Shown here: piece by piece, positions 39,820-49,996 of the stretch | Numbering within the stretch: position 1 is the first letter of the stretch | Layout of the letters: each line of letters starts with the position of its first letter | Virus record (IMG/VR): IMGVR_UViG_3300022752_000038 | Span: 1-64,000 of that record | DNA: 64,000 nt | Direction: 5' to 3' (one strand) | From: a virus | Position numbers and translations under genes: made by a program | Notes under the pieces: generated by a model | What the model saw: only the letters and a program-made list of their open reading frames with translations | The model's database searches: none | Told to the model about the DNA's origin: nothing

Positions 39820-41611
39820 TATAATTGACTTAGATAATTTACTGAATCCTAACCAAGAGTCGGTAACTAATATAGTTGTCGAGTCAATCCAACCTGAATC
39901 TAAACATGACATGTCTACAATGCCGATCGACATTGATTGGGACGATATAATCTCAGAATGGTTTTATCGTTTACCAAAAGGCTATGCAGAACATCCGTAT
40001 AGCGACGAAGAATTAGTCGTGTTAAATCAAGTTATATTTGAACATGGTTATGATGTTACTAATAATATAATTGTAGAAGCTTCATTTACGCCATCTGAAT
40101 TAAACCGTGACAAATATTTTCAAGCATTTATTGATCGTATAAGTGCCGGCGAGCCATTCACATTAGAGCCAGATAAAACAAAACAAGTGATTGACAAGTC
40201 ATTCCTTGATACCATGACTCAAATTGCCAATGTAACAGATTTTGATGAGCGATTGGCATTGATTAAAAATACATTTAAGAAGCCAGTTATTCCATTGGCA
40301 AACAATACTATAGTTAAATTATCAGATATAAGTAAAGATACATTTACTGCTAAACAAACTACTAGTGGTTTAACGGGTACAGAAACTCCTGACTTCAAAG
40401 AAGGCTTGGTAGTATTCTTTTATACATGCCCTGAAAAGCTATTAAATGTTGTTTATAACTTTCTTGTTGGTTCTGATGATTCGCCACCTGATTTTGGCAA
40501 ACTAATTAATAATATGAATGTAGACCATTACGGTAGCAAGTCTCACGGCTTTGTGAAAACAGGTGTTGAGCTACTAGCATCAGGATCAGAATTAGATCAA
40601 AAAACAAAGAAACTATTTTTAAATGCTGTATCAGCTGCGTATACAATTAAACAAAAATGGGGCGAAGGTTATGTTATTGACCGCGGCCCATTCTTTGAAT
40701 CTATACGAAATGCAGCAAATGCAATTACTGGAATTCCTAAAGACAAATGGTGTCCAGGCGATGTATATCTTTATAAACAAAATGATAAAACAGAAATTGA
40801 ACGTGTAGTAAAAGAGTCAGAAAAAACTAACTCAATAATTAATATTGTTGATAAACGTAATAAAGTATTACAAGTTGGATTGAATTCATTATTTGATACT
40901 GAAAGTCCGTTGGTTATTGCTGTTTCATTGAAAGAAGAAAATGCATTGAGTGGTAGAGCAAAAGATTTCTTATCTGTAAAAAAATTATCAAATACAGAAA
41001 TGGGATCTGAGAAAGATGACTTTACTAAAGAAGAATTTGCATTGATTTCTGGTAAGGTTAAAATTACAACTGAACTAGCGCAAAAATATCAAACACAGTA
41101 TAATAGTAGTAAAAAAGCATATGCGGCACTTATTAAAAAGTTTGGATATACTCATAACTTTGCAGCAAGTAGATTCAAAGATCCAGAGCCGGCAGTTGCT
41201 ATACGTAATACTATAATCAAGTCAGCAGCATATCGTCTAATGTCTAAATACTTTAATTCATTTGATACATTGAAAGGTATTAATGATGTAATGAAAAACT
41301 ACAAAGACCCATTCCTAGCATTGACAGCATATGGAGTTTCTTTGTCAGGATTCAATCCTACTTTTTACAAAGTGGTTGCAAGTGCATCCGGTGATTACGG
41401 GCATGTTACTGTGTTTGAAGGACGTGATAATTTAAAAGCTGATTCAGATTCAGTTACAACTATTGATACGCCAACTAAAGCTGGTATTTATTTATCCTTT
41501 ATAACAAAGATGGGCGAAACAAAATATCAAACCAAACTGGATATACGTGAATCAAAAAGCGGAGCTAGTATAACAATTGCTATTATTGTTGATGAGTTCC
41601 ATGAATCATGA
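39764..41611 (+). CDS. Hypothetical protein with a PD-(D/E)XK-like nuclease motif (true start probably 39911 or 39920)
   Basis: KEG...DKWCPGDVYL...AVSLKE. Confidence 0.45.
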   Translation: MMFPINLIYYIMKKDTLVNIIDLDNLLNPNQESVTNIVVESIQPESKHDMSTMPIDIDWDDIISEWFYRLPKGYAEHPYSDEELVVLNQVIFEHGYDVTNNIIVEASFTPSELNRDKYFQAFIDRISAGEPFTLEPDKTKQVIDKSFLDTMTQIANVTDFDERLALIKNTFKKPVIPLANNTIVKLSDISKDTFTAKQTTSGLTGTETPDFKEGLVVFFYTCPEKLLNVVYNFLVGSDDSPPDFGKLINNMNVDHYGSKSHGFVKTGVELLASGSELDQKTKKLFLNAVSAAYTIKQKWGEGYVIDRGPFFESIRNAANAITGIPKDKWCPGDVYLYKQNDKTEIERVVKESEKTNSIINIVDKRNKVLQVGLNSLFDTESPLVIAVSLKEENALSGRAKDFLSVKKLSNTEMGSEKDDFTKEEFALISGKVKITTELAQKYQTQYNSSKKAYAALIKKFGYTHNFAASRFKDPEPAVAIRNTIIKSAAYRLMSKYFNSFDTLKGINDVMKNYKDPFLALTAYGVSLSGFNPTFYKVVASASGDYGHVTVFEGRDNLKADSDSVTTIDTPTKAGIYLSFITKMGETKYQTKLDIRESKSGASITIAIIVDEFHES

Positions 41612-42012
41612 GAGAAAAGGATAATGTGAAGCCACAATTATTATGTACATTTGCACACCGTAAGGATTTAAATATAATCGCTGATTACATTATATCAGCA
41701 TACACAATTCCAGAACGACGGTTGTTTGTATTTTCCGATGCAGATGTACATAGTGATTCTTATATTACTTACAATGTCGAAACTGCTGATACTAAACGTA
41801 TATCAAATACCATACTAATACATCGTAAAAAAGAAACCAATACTATGTATACCGTTAATGCATTGAATATGGTTATACGTGAAATGAATAACGGAGTATT
41901 AGATAAGACCTTTGTAATTAATTGGGCTGTATACAGTAATTCATTGTTATTAACAAACGGTGAATCATTACGGCATATAAAGTTACAATTATACAAAAGA
42001 ATTGATTTATAA
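41608..42012 (+). CDS. Hypothetical phage protein
   Basis: QLLCTF, TILIHRKKETNTMYTVNALN; overlaps the previous stop. Confidence 0.6.
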   Translation: MREKDNVKPQLLCTFAHRKDLNIIADYIISAYTIPERRLFVFSDADVHSDSYITYNVETADTKRISNTILIHRKKETNTMYTVNALNMVIREMNNGVLDKTFVINWAVYSNSLLLTNGESLRHIKLQLYKRIDL

Positions 42013-42031
42013 TAATATATTTATATAAGAT

Positions 42032-42640
42032 ATGGCATATAGAATAGTAGCAAAATCACCCAAACATTTAAATGATATCATAGAAGATGTCATGACATGG
42101 TTTGAAACTGCACGCGATTATCGCACAGAGTTTACAGAAGAACCACGTAAGTTTGTAGATCCAGCTACGAAACAAATTGTCAGTAAAAATATCGAAGTGT
42201 TGCATATCACTGATCCAGCTACAGGTAAAAAGACTGTAGTCAAATTGATTCCTATGCTTAAACCGGATGAACTAAAAATTGAAATGGGCGGCGAGAATGA
42301 GCATGTAATGAAAGGTAAACTCAAAAATATGATGAAAGGCCGCGGGGTATTTAAAACATACAACAAAGATACTCTAGTAAAAAAGGAAAGTGTAATGAAA
42401 AAAACAGAACTACAGCAAATCATTCGTGAAGAAGTTCGTAAAATGTTAACGGAAGGGTTATGGCTAAAAGAGACAGAACAAGATGCTGATTTACGCGCAG
42501 CTAAAAAAGATATCTTAACATGGATGCAAACAAATGGTATTGACAAACAGCAAATGAATCTATTAGATGATTATATTTTAGCAGTTTGTCAGGCATATGC
42601 TGTATGGTATCAGGATCAGGCTGATATGGAACGTATGTAA
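42032..42640 (+). CDS. Hypothetical protein with a possible internal start at 42395
   Basis: ATATTTAT at 42017; internal AAGGA-ATG before MKKTELQQIIREE. Confidence 0.55.
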   Translation: MAYRIVAKSPKHLNDIIEDVMTWFETARDYRTEFTEEPRKFVDPATKQIVSKNIEVLHITDPATGKKTVVKLIPMLKPDELKIEMGGENEHVMKGKLKNMMKGRGVFKTYNKDTLVKKESVMKKTELQQIIREEVRKMLTEGLWLKETEQDADLRAAKKDILTWMQTNGIDKQQMNLLDDYILAVCQAYAVWYQDQADMERM

Positions 42641-42698
42641 TTTCGTTCCGTGCTAATTAAACAAATAACAATTGACAAATAACTTTTTCAACATTTCT

Positions 42699-42732
42699 CT
42701 AGGATTTGTTGATCATTTCTCTTATAATTAAG
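42699..42732 (+). promoter_or_regulatory. Early/middle-type promoter CTAG-N18-CTTATAATTAAG
   Basis: Recurrent motif upstream of the ssDNA-binding protein gene. Confidence 0.55.
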
Positions 42733-42769
42733 TAATTAATAACAATTAACAATTTAAAAAGGTAAAATT

Positions 42770-43528
42770 ATGGATTTAGAAGCAATTAAAAGAAAGCTTA
42801 ACGAGTTACAGTCACAGACTAAGCGCCAGGATGTACTTTGGAAGCCTGAGCCTGGTAAGCAACAAGTACGAATCGTGCCATATCAGCACAACAAAGACAA
42901 CCCATTCCAAGAATTGTATTTTCATTATGATATAGGTAAGAAAAGTTTCTTATCGCCTATAACATATGGACGCCCTGATCCGGTTGTCGAATTTACAGAA
43001 AAACTTAAAACATCTGGCAATTCCGATGAATGGAAACTAGGTAAAAAGCTTGAACCAAAAATGCGTTGCTATGTTCCTATTATCATTCGTGGTAAAGAAA
43101 GTGAAGGTGTAAAGTTTTGGGGTTTTGGTAAAACAGTATATACTGAATTGCTGGGATTTATTGCTGATCCGGATTATGGCGACTTGACTGATCCGAGCAA
43201 TGGACGTGATATTGTAGTCGAATTTACTCCGTCTGAAGGCAGCCAGTCTTATCCTAAGACTACAATACGTGTTAAACCTAATACATCGCCAATAACAACC
43301 GAAAAGGCGATTGCAGAAAAAATTGCAATGCAACAACCAAATCTTTCAGAGATTTTTAAAGAACCTAGTTATGATGAATTAAAACAAGCGTTAGAAAATT
43401 GGTTGAATCCAACAGATGACGGCACTACTAGTGAAGGCTCATCTGCATCAGCATCTAAGCCAATTGCAACCGGAGTTAACTCCGTTGACGATGTCGGCGA
43501 TGCATTTGATGAATTGTTTGGTAAATAA
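42770..43528 (+). CDS. gp32: Single-stranded DNA-binding protein (gp32-like)
   Basis: WKP...VRIVP, GVKFWGFGKTVY, TDPSNGRDI, acidic C-terminal tail; precedes UvsX. Confidence 0.85.
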   Translation: MDLEAIKRKLNELQSQTKRQDVLWKPEPGKQQVRIVPYQHNKDNPFQELYFHYDIGKKSFLSPITYGRPDPVVEFTEKLKTSGNSDEWKLGKKLEPKMRCYVPIIIRGKESEGVKFWGFGKTVYTELLGFIADPDYGDLTDPSNGRDIVVEFTPSEGSQSYPKTTIRVKPNTSPITTEKAIAEKIAMQQPNLSEIFKEPSYDELKQALENWLNPTDDGTTSEGSSASASKPIATGVNSVDDVGDAFDELFGK

Positions 43529-43543
43529 TAAAAGGAGTTATAA

Positions 43544-44686
43544 ATGGCATCAGTATCAAAGAGCGAACTCTCCGACGAATTAGCGGGTGAGTTAGCAACT
43601 AACTTAAATAAAAAGTTTAAAGGCTCCGGATACAAGACGGCATATTTTTTGGAGGGGGACGAAGATTCCCCCTCTAATGTGTCGGGCTGGGTAGGTACGG
43701 GCTCATCAATGTTAGATTTGGCTATATCGAATAGGCCTTTTGGAGGTTTTCCAATCGGTCGTATTACTGAAATAACCGGACTAGAAGCATCTGGTAAATC
43801 ATTATTGGCTACACATGCATTAGCTGATACGCAACGACAAGGCGGCTTGGGAGTCTATATTGACACGGAAAGTGCTGTAAGTAGCGAGTTTTTAGAAGCT
43901 ATTGGAGTAGATTTAACTAAAATGTTGTATGTTCCGTTGGAAACAATGGAAGATATATTTGAAGCAATTGAGTCTATTGTAGAATCAGTACGCAAATCTA
44001 ACAAGGATCGATTGGTAACAATTGTAGTCGATTCAGTAATGGGAGCATCTACAAAAATAGAAATGGCTGCTGAATTTGATAAGGATGGTTGGGCTACAAG
44101 CAAAGCTATTATCTTATCTAAAGGAATGCGTAAAATTACTAACATGATTGCACGTGAAAAGATTTGTTTGATTTTTACCAATCAATTGCGTTCTAGACTA
44201 GGTGTTAGTTTTGGAGATCCATGGACAACATCTGGCGGTAAAGCTATTCCATTCCACGCTAGTGTGCGTTTACGTTTAAAATCTATTGGTCAAATCAAAG
44301 CAAAAGATGCAAAAGGTATTGAGCAGATTATTGGTATTAAGACTAGAGCGCAAGTGATAAAGAATCGAATGGGCCCACCATTAAAGTCAATTGATTATGA
44401 TATCTACTTTGAATCGGGTATCGATAATTACGGAGGCTGGTTGGAAGTAATGAAAGAATATAAATTAGTAACTCAAGCCGGAGCTTGGTATACTTATACT
44501 AAGTTAGATGGCAATTCAGTTAAGTTTCTTTCAAAAGATTTCCAAGGTACATTAGAAAATGATACGTCACTTAAAGATGAAATTTATAAAGCCATATGTG
44601 ATGCTTATATTTTTAAATACCAAACCGGATCTATTGGAATTGATGATATTGAAGTAAATGAAGATTTCATTAACGAAGAAGCATGA
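43544..44686 (+). CDS. uvsX: RecA/UvsX recombinase
   Basis: GRITEITGLEASGKS, YIDTE, VVDSV, FTNQLR, TSGGKAIPFHASVR, KNR. Confidence 0.95.
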   Translation: MASVSKSELSDELAGELATNLNKKFKGSGYKTAYFLEGDEDSPSNVSGWVGTGSSMLDLAISNRPFGGFPIGRITEITGLEASGKSLLATHALADTQRQGGLGVYIDTESAVSSEFLEAIGVDLTKMLYVPLETMEDIFEAIESIVESVRKSNKDRLVTIVVDSVMGASTKIEMAAEFDKDGWATSKAIILSKGMRKITNMIAREKICLIFTNQLRSRLGVSFGDPWTTSGGKAIPFHASVRLRLKSIGQIKAKDAKGIEQIIGIKTRAQVIKNRMGPPLKSIDYDIYFESGIDNYGGWLEVMKEYKLVTQAGAWYTYTKLDGNSVKFLSKDFQGTLENDTSLKDEIYKAICDAYIFKYQTGSIGIDDIEVNEDFINEEA

Positions 44687-45729
44687 AAAACAGATATTTA
44701 GAATTATTTAAACAAGTTACGGAAGAACATGCTGAAAGTCAGGGACGTAGTAAAGATAGTCATATATTAGTTATTGACGGTCTTAATACTTTTATTAGAG
44801 TATTCTCTGCGGTACCTGCATTAAATGATGATGGAGATCATATCGGAGGAGTGACAGGCTTTTTACGGTCTGTTGCCTCCGTTATCCGTCAACTAAAGCC
44901 TACCCGTTGTGTTATTGTATTTGATGGTAAGGGTGGCTCTAAACGTCGCAAAGACATATATTCTAATTACAAAGCTAACAGAGCAGTAAAAACTCAATTT
45001 AATAGATATCAGGAGTTTGCTACATTAGAAGATGAATCTGCTAGTATGAAACGTCAATTTGGTCGTGTTGTAGAATATCTTAATTGTCTACCAATTACAA
45101 CTATCGCAATCGATAATGTTGAAGCTGATGATGTGATTGCATATATTGCTAACGAAATGTATACAGATCCTGAACATAAAGTTACGATTGTATCTACCGA
45201 TCGCGACTTTTTGCAACTAGTAAATCATCGAATCAATGTATGGAGTCCTATTAAAAAGATTCTATATACGCCCGAAGTGTTACAAGAAGAAATAGGATTA
45301 CCTGTTGAAAATTATTTGTTATATCGGGCTATAACCGGCGATAAATCAGATAATATTCCTGGCCTCAAAGGCATAGGATTGAAAACTTTAATTAAACATT
45401 TTCCTATATTACAGGAATCTAGGCAGTTAGAAATTGACGAACTTGTTACATATTCAAACAACCTAACTAAAAAGCATAATGTTCATGAATCGATAATTGT
45501 TAATGAACAACAATTACGATTAAACATGGATTTAATGCAATTAAAAGAAATTGACATTTCCGGTAATGCAAAATTATTAACGGTTAATCTAGTCCGTGAC
45601 GGCGTCAATAAAACAAACGTATATGAATTTAAGAAAATGTTCATGGCAGATAAAATGTATACAACTATAAAAGATGTTGATACATGGTTAGTAACATTTA
45701 ATTCACTAAATGCTTACGCTGCTATTTGA
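44683..45729 (+). CDS. rnh: 5'-3' exonuclease/flap endonuclease (T4 RNase H-like)
   Basis: VIDGLN, VFDG, YKANR, EADDVIA, STDRDFLQ, GDKSDNIPGLKGIG. Confidence 0.93.
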   Translation: MKNRYLELFKQVTEEHAESQGRSKDSHILVIDGLNTFIRVFSAVPALNDDGDHIGGVTGFLRSVASVIRQLKPTRCVIVFDGKGGSKRRKDIYSNYKANRAVKTQFNRYQEFATLEDESASMKRQFGRVVEYLNCLPITTIAIDNVEADDVIAYIANEMYTDPEHKVTIVSTDRDFLQLVNHRINVWSPIKKILYTPEVLQEEIGLPVENYLLYRAITGDKSDNIPGLKGIGLKTLIKHFPILQESRQLEIDELVTYSNNLTKKHNVHESIIVNEQQLRLNMDLMQLKEIDISGNAKLLTVNLVRDGVNKTNVYEFKKMFMADKMYTTIKDVDTWLVTFNSLNAYAAI

Positions 45730-45757
45730 TTTTTACAAATTTATTCTTATAATTAAG
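45725..45757 (+). promoter_or_regulatory. Early/middle-type promoter TTTG-N17-CTTATAATTAAG
   Basis: Recurrent motif; helicase ATG is 1 nt downstream. Confidence 0.6.
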
Positions 45758-45758
45758 T

Positions 45759-47114
45759 ATGACAGATCGCTTAAGTAGTTATGGATATAGTTTCCAAATA
45801 AAAGTTATTACATCGTTATTAACTGACAAAGGATTTTTGCAGCAAATATCAGATATATTAATTCCTGAGTATTTTGAAAGTGATGCTAATGAATGGATAG
45901 TACAAACCATTTTAGATTATCACAAGGAGTATAAAACAACGGCTACATTAGAAGTAATGAAAGTTAAACTTCAAAACGTAGACAACGATGTATTAACTAC
46001 ACAAATCAAAGAACATCTTAAAGACGCATGGAAATATTCAGAGTCAGATGATTTAACATTCATTAAACAACAAGCTTTAGATTTTTGTAAAAATCAAGAA
46101 ATTAAAAAAGCTATTCTATCATCTGTTGAATTACTTAAAATTGGACGATACGATGACATTAAAGTTGCAATTGATAAAGCTTTAAAGTCCGGCGGAGATA
46201 AAGAGATTGGCCATGACTATATGTCTAGTATCGATGAACGATATACTGAGTCTGTACGTTTTACAAAGGAAACGCCGTGGGAAATAATTAATGAATTGAC
46301 CTCCGGTGGTTTAGGTAAAGGCGAGTTAGGAGTATTTGTAGCTCCTGCTGGAATTGGTAAATCTTGGGGTCTTATTAATATTGGAGCTCATGCGGTTAGA
46401 AAAGGTATGAGCGTAATTCATTATACTTTAGAATTAAATGAGGCATATGTTGGTTTGCGATATGACTCTGTTGTAACGGGTATAGCTAATCAAAATCTTA
46501 AACATTACCAAGATCAAGTTAAATCTGAATTGTCACGATTACCTGGAAAGCTTGTCATAAAATATTATCCAACAAAGACATGTTCAGTAATGGGATTGCG
46601 TGCACATATTGAAAAATGTATCATGCAAGGTATGAAACCTGATGTTATTATAGTAGACTATGCCGACTTGTTAAGAGGACATGGAACAGAAAAACGGCAT
46701 GAATTGGAAGGCATTTATGAAGACCTGCGAGGATTAGCAGGCGAATATGAAGTTCCGGTCTGGACGGCATCGCAGGCAAATCGATCGGCATTAGAAGAAG
46801 ATGTCATTGGAGCTGAAAAGATTGCCGAATCATATGGTAAGGTAATGGTAGCCGACTTTGTAATATCATTATCAAGAAAGGTACAGGATAAATTAGCGGG
46901 TACAGGTAGATGGCACGTAATTAAGAATCGATTCGGTCCTGATGGAATTACGTTACCTAGTAAAATGAATACCAGTAACGGTCAAATCAATATCTATGCA
47001 GATACGTCTATACAAGGTAAGGATGCTAAAAAGCAAATGGAAAATGGAAATGAATTAGCTAGACGTATGCTGTCGCAAAAATATTCTGAAATCAATACGT
47101 CCGGCTTTGAATAA
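45759..47114 (+). CDS. gp41: DnaB-like replicative helicase (gp41-like)
   Basis: APAGIGKS, YTLE, IIVDYADL, WTASQANR, KNRFG. Confidence 0.93.
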   Translation: MTDRLSSYGYSFQIKVITSLLTDKGFLQQISDILIPEYFESDANEWIVQTILDYHKEYKTTATLEVMKVKLQNVDNDVLTTQIKEHLKDAWKYSESDDLTFIKQQALDFCKNQEIKKAILSSVELLKIGRYDDIKVAIDKALKSGGDKEIGHDYMSSIDERYTESVRFTKETPWEIINELTSGGLGKGELGVFVAPAGIGKSWGLINIGAHAVRKGMSVIHYTLELNEAYVGLRYDSVVTGIANQNLKHYQDQVKSELSRLPGKLVIKYYPTKTCSVMGLRAHIEKCIMQGMKPDVIIVDYADLLRGHGTEKRHELEGIYEDLRGLAGEYEVPVWTASQANRSALEEDVIGAEKIAESYGKVMVADFVISLSRKVQDKLAGTGRWHVIKNRFGPDGITLPSKMNTSNGQINIYADTSIQGKDAKKQMENGNELARRMLSQKYSEINTSGFE

Positions 47115-47216
47115 AAAATAATTATTTTTGTTCTAAAAGCTACATTGACTAGCCAACAGCAGTATATTTATGCATAAAAATACTAAAAATAAATTACATT
47201 ATTAAAAGGATTACTA

Positions 47217-49079
47217 ATGAACGTATCAAACGAGATTCTAAGTTCGATTACTATCTATATGAAGTACGCGAAATACTTACCAGAACTACAACGTAGGGAA
47301 ACATGGGAAGAACTAGTTACAAGAAATAAGGAAATGCATAAGCGTAAGTATCCTAAATTAGCACAGGAAATTGAATCTGTTTATGAAATGGTATACGATA
47401 AAAAAGTATTGCCATCGATGCGTAGTTTGCAATTCGGTGGTAAGCCGATTGAAATTTCTCCTAATCGTATTTACAATTGTGCCTATTTGCCGATCGATGA
47501 TTGGCGCGCATTTGGCGAAGTAATGTTTTTATTGTTGGGTGGTACTGGAGTTGGTTATAGTGTACAACGACATCATGTAGATCAATTACCAGAAATTCAT
47601 AAACCAAAAGCAGATCGTGAACGTAGATATTTGATTGCAGATAGTATTGAAGGATGGGCAGATGCAGTTAAACTTCTAATTAAAAACTATTTTATCGGAG
47701 GATCAAAGATCAAATTTGATTTTTCAGATATTCGGCCAAAAGGCGCTCGTCTAGTAACGTCGGGTGGAAAGGCACCTGGACCGCAACCGCTAAAAGAATG
47801 TTTGATTAAAGTTCAAGGTATATTAGATGGCAAACAAGATGGCGATAAACTTTCGCCTATCGAAGTCCATGATATTGTATGTCATATTGCTGATGCGGTA
47901 TTGGCCGGCGGTATTCGTCGTGCTGCACTAATCTCATTGTTTTCGGCAGACGATGATGAAATGATTGCCTGTAAATCAGGAGCTTGGTGGGAATTGAATC
48001 CGCAGCGTGGCCGTGCAAATAACTCGGCAGTATTGATGCGCCATAAACTTACTAAAGAATATTTTACAGATTTATGGAAACGAGTAGAAGCATCAGGAGC
48101 TGGCGAACCTGGTATTTATCTTAGCAATGATAAAGATTGGGGTACTAATCCATGTTGTGAAATTGCACTTCGTCCGTTTCAATTCTGCAACTTGTGTGAA
48201 GTTAATGTTAGTGATATTGTATCTCAAGAAGACTATAATGCACGAGTTAAGGCAGCTGCATTTATTGGAACGTTGCAAGCCGGATATACCGACTTTCATT
48301 ATCTTCGTCCAATCTGGAAACGTACAACAGAAAAAGATGCATTGATCGGCGTATCTATGACAGGCATCGGATCGGGCGTTGTATTAGGATATGACATGAA
48401 ACAGGCAGCTCGTATTGTTAAAGAAGAAAATTTACGTGTTGCAGAACTTATCAGTATTAACAAATCAGCACGTACAACAACCGTAAAGCCAGCTGGTACT
48501 ACTTCGTTAACTTTAGGAACTAGTTCTGGTATTCATGCATGGCATAATGACTATTATATCAGACGTATTAGAGTAGGTAAAAATGAAGCCATTTACAGTT
48601 ATTTGGCAATTTATCATCCTGAATTAATTGAGGATGAATATTTCCGTCCACATGATACTGCAGTAATTAGTATACCACAAAAAGCACCGGATGGAGCAAT
48701 TTTACGAAGTGAATCCCCAATTCAATTATTAGAACGTATTAAGCGAGTTCATATGGAATGGGTTAAGCCAGGACATCGTACGGGTAGTAATACTCATAAT
48801 GTATCAGCAACCGTTTCATTACGTGACCACGAATGGGATGCTGTAGGTCAATGGATGTGGGAAAATCGCGATCATTATAATGGATTGTCAGTATTGCCCT
48901 TTGATGGTGGTAGTTATATTCAAGCGCCATTTGAAGATTGTACAGAGGAACGTTTCAATGAAATGATGCAGTCGCTCAAAAATATTGATTTATCTCGTAT
49001 TGTAGAATTGGATGATGCTACTAATTTGCGCGGGGAGGCAGCGTGTGCCGGCGGAGCATGTGAAATTGTGACCGCGTAA
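47217..49079 (+). CDS. nrdJ: Class II (adenosylcobalamin-dependent) ribonucleotide reductase
   Basis: YNCAY, GGTGVG, GGIRRAA, TNPCCEI, CNLCE, VKPAGTTS, C-terminal ACAGGAC; no beta subunit gene nearby. Confidence 0.88.
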   Translation: MNVSNEILSSITIYMKYAKYLPELQRRETWEELVTRNKEMHKRKYPKLAQEIESVYEMVYDKKVLPSMRSLQFGGKPIEISPNRIYNCAYLPIDDWRAFGEVMFLLLGGTGVGYSVQRHHVDQLPEIHKPKADRERRYLIADSIEGWADAVKLLIKNYFIGGSKIKFDFSDIRPKGARLVTSGGKAPGPQPLKECLIKVQGILDGKQDGDKLSPIEVHDIVCHIADAVLAGGIRRAALISLFSADDDEMIACKSGAWWELNPQRGRANNSAVLMRHKLTKEYFTDLWKRVEASGAGEPGIYLSNDKDWGTNPCCEIALRPFQFCNLCEVNVSDIVSQEDYNARVKAAAFIGTLQAGYTDFHYLRPIWKRTTEKDALIGVSMTGIGSGVVLGYDMKQAARIVKEENLRVAELISINKSARTTTVKPAGTTSLTLGTSSGIHAWHNDYYIRRIRVGKNEAIYSYLAIYHPELIEDEYFRPHDTAVISIPQKAPDGAILRSESPIQLLERIKRVHMEWVKPGHRTGSNTHNVSATVSLRDHEWDAVGQWMWENRDHYNGLSVLPFDGGSYIQAPFEDCTEERFNEMMQSLKNIDLSRIVELDDATNLRGEAACAGGACEIVTA

Positions 49080-49105
49080 ATATTTATTTAAAAAATAGGA
49101 ACAAC

Positions 49106-49996
49106 ATGCACATAAAACTCAAATCATTAATTGAAGGCATAGTACGTGAAGATGCAACTGATGATGCATTAACGGATTTAACTAAAAAATTCGATGCTGG
49201 TAGTATTGAAGATTACGTAGCTGCATTACAAAAATATTCAGCTGATCCAAAAGTTGCTGCCGTAATTAAAGCAGGACAAACAGACGGCGACCCGGCTGAT
49301 GAAAAACTTAACGTTGGTGGTGGATCTATTGCAGTAAAAGAACTTAAGCCAACACAAAATGAAATCGGGGCACAGGAAAGCTTAAAAAATATTTTAACGG
49401 ATGAATATGGCTCGTTAGATGGATTTCTAAAAGGAAATGCTAGTTTTCCAGACCCTATAATCACATATAACGGACAGTTTGTTATCGATGGCCATCATCG
49501 TTGGTCACAAGTATATGCAGCTAATCCAGATGCTAAAGTGCCAGTACTTGACATTAAAGGTAATTTAGAACCGGAACAAATACTTAAAGCTGTGCATGCA
49601 GCAATTGTAACTATAGCAGGGAAGAGTGATACAAAGGATGCTAATTTAAAGGCTGGTAATTTATTAGCGTTTAGTGAGCAAAATGTACGTGATATGGTTT
49701 CAAAGTTTCTAACTGATAACGCACGAGAGGTATGGGCTGCAAACGGTTATGATTCAGATGAACAGATTGCAGATCATATTGTAGCAAACGTAAATACAAT
49801 GTTAGCAAATTCTAAACCAGAAAATTGGGCGCCTGCTAGATCTTCAATGCCTCAACCGAATGATTCAGGTGCACCGAATTTTGCCGATGCTTTAAAGTCT
49901 GGTGCTGCAAATTTCTTAGCTCCGTCAGCTGGTGATGTTAAGACTGAATCGATTAGCAAAGACCGTTGGGCAAAACTTGCAAATATTAAAAAATAA
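49106..49996 (+). CDS. ParB/sulfiredoxin-like domain protein, possibly virion-packaged
   Basis: LKPTQ...PII...VIDGHHRW; late motif at 49080; C-terminus RWAKLANIKK. Confidence 0.65.
   Translation: MHIKLKSLIEGIVREDATDDALTDLTKKFDAGSIEDYVAALQKYSADPKVAAVIKAGQTDGDPADEKLNVGGGSIAVKELKPTQNEIGAQESLKNILTDEYGSLDGFLKGNASFPDPIITYNGQFVIDGHHRWSQVYAANPDAKVPVLDIKGNLEPEQILKAVHAAIVTIAGKSDTKDANLKAGNLLAFSEQNVRDMVSKFLTDNAREVWAANGYDSDEQIADHIVANVNTMLANSKPENWAPARSSMPQPNDSGAPNFADALKSGAANFLAPSAGDVKTESISKDRWAKLANIKK

Noticed and set aside
47114-47216. 16-bp palindrome AAAAATAATTATTTTT; possible NrdR box or cobalamin riboswitch before nrdJ
   Set aside because: A pure A/T palindrome is expected by chance here; no convincing NrdR consensus; the gap is too short and AT-rich for a B12 riboswitch.
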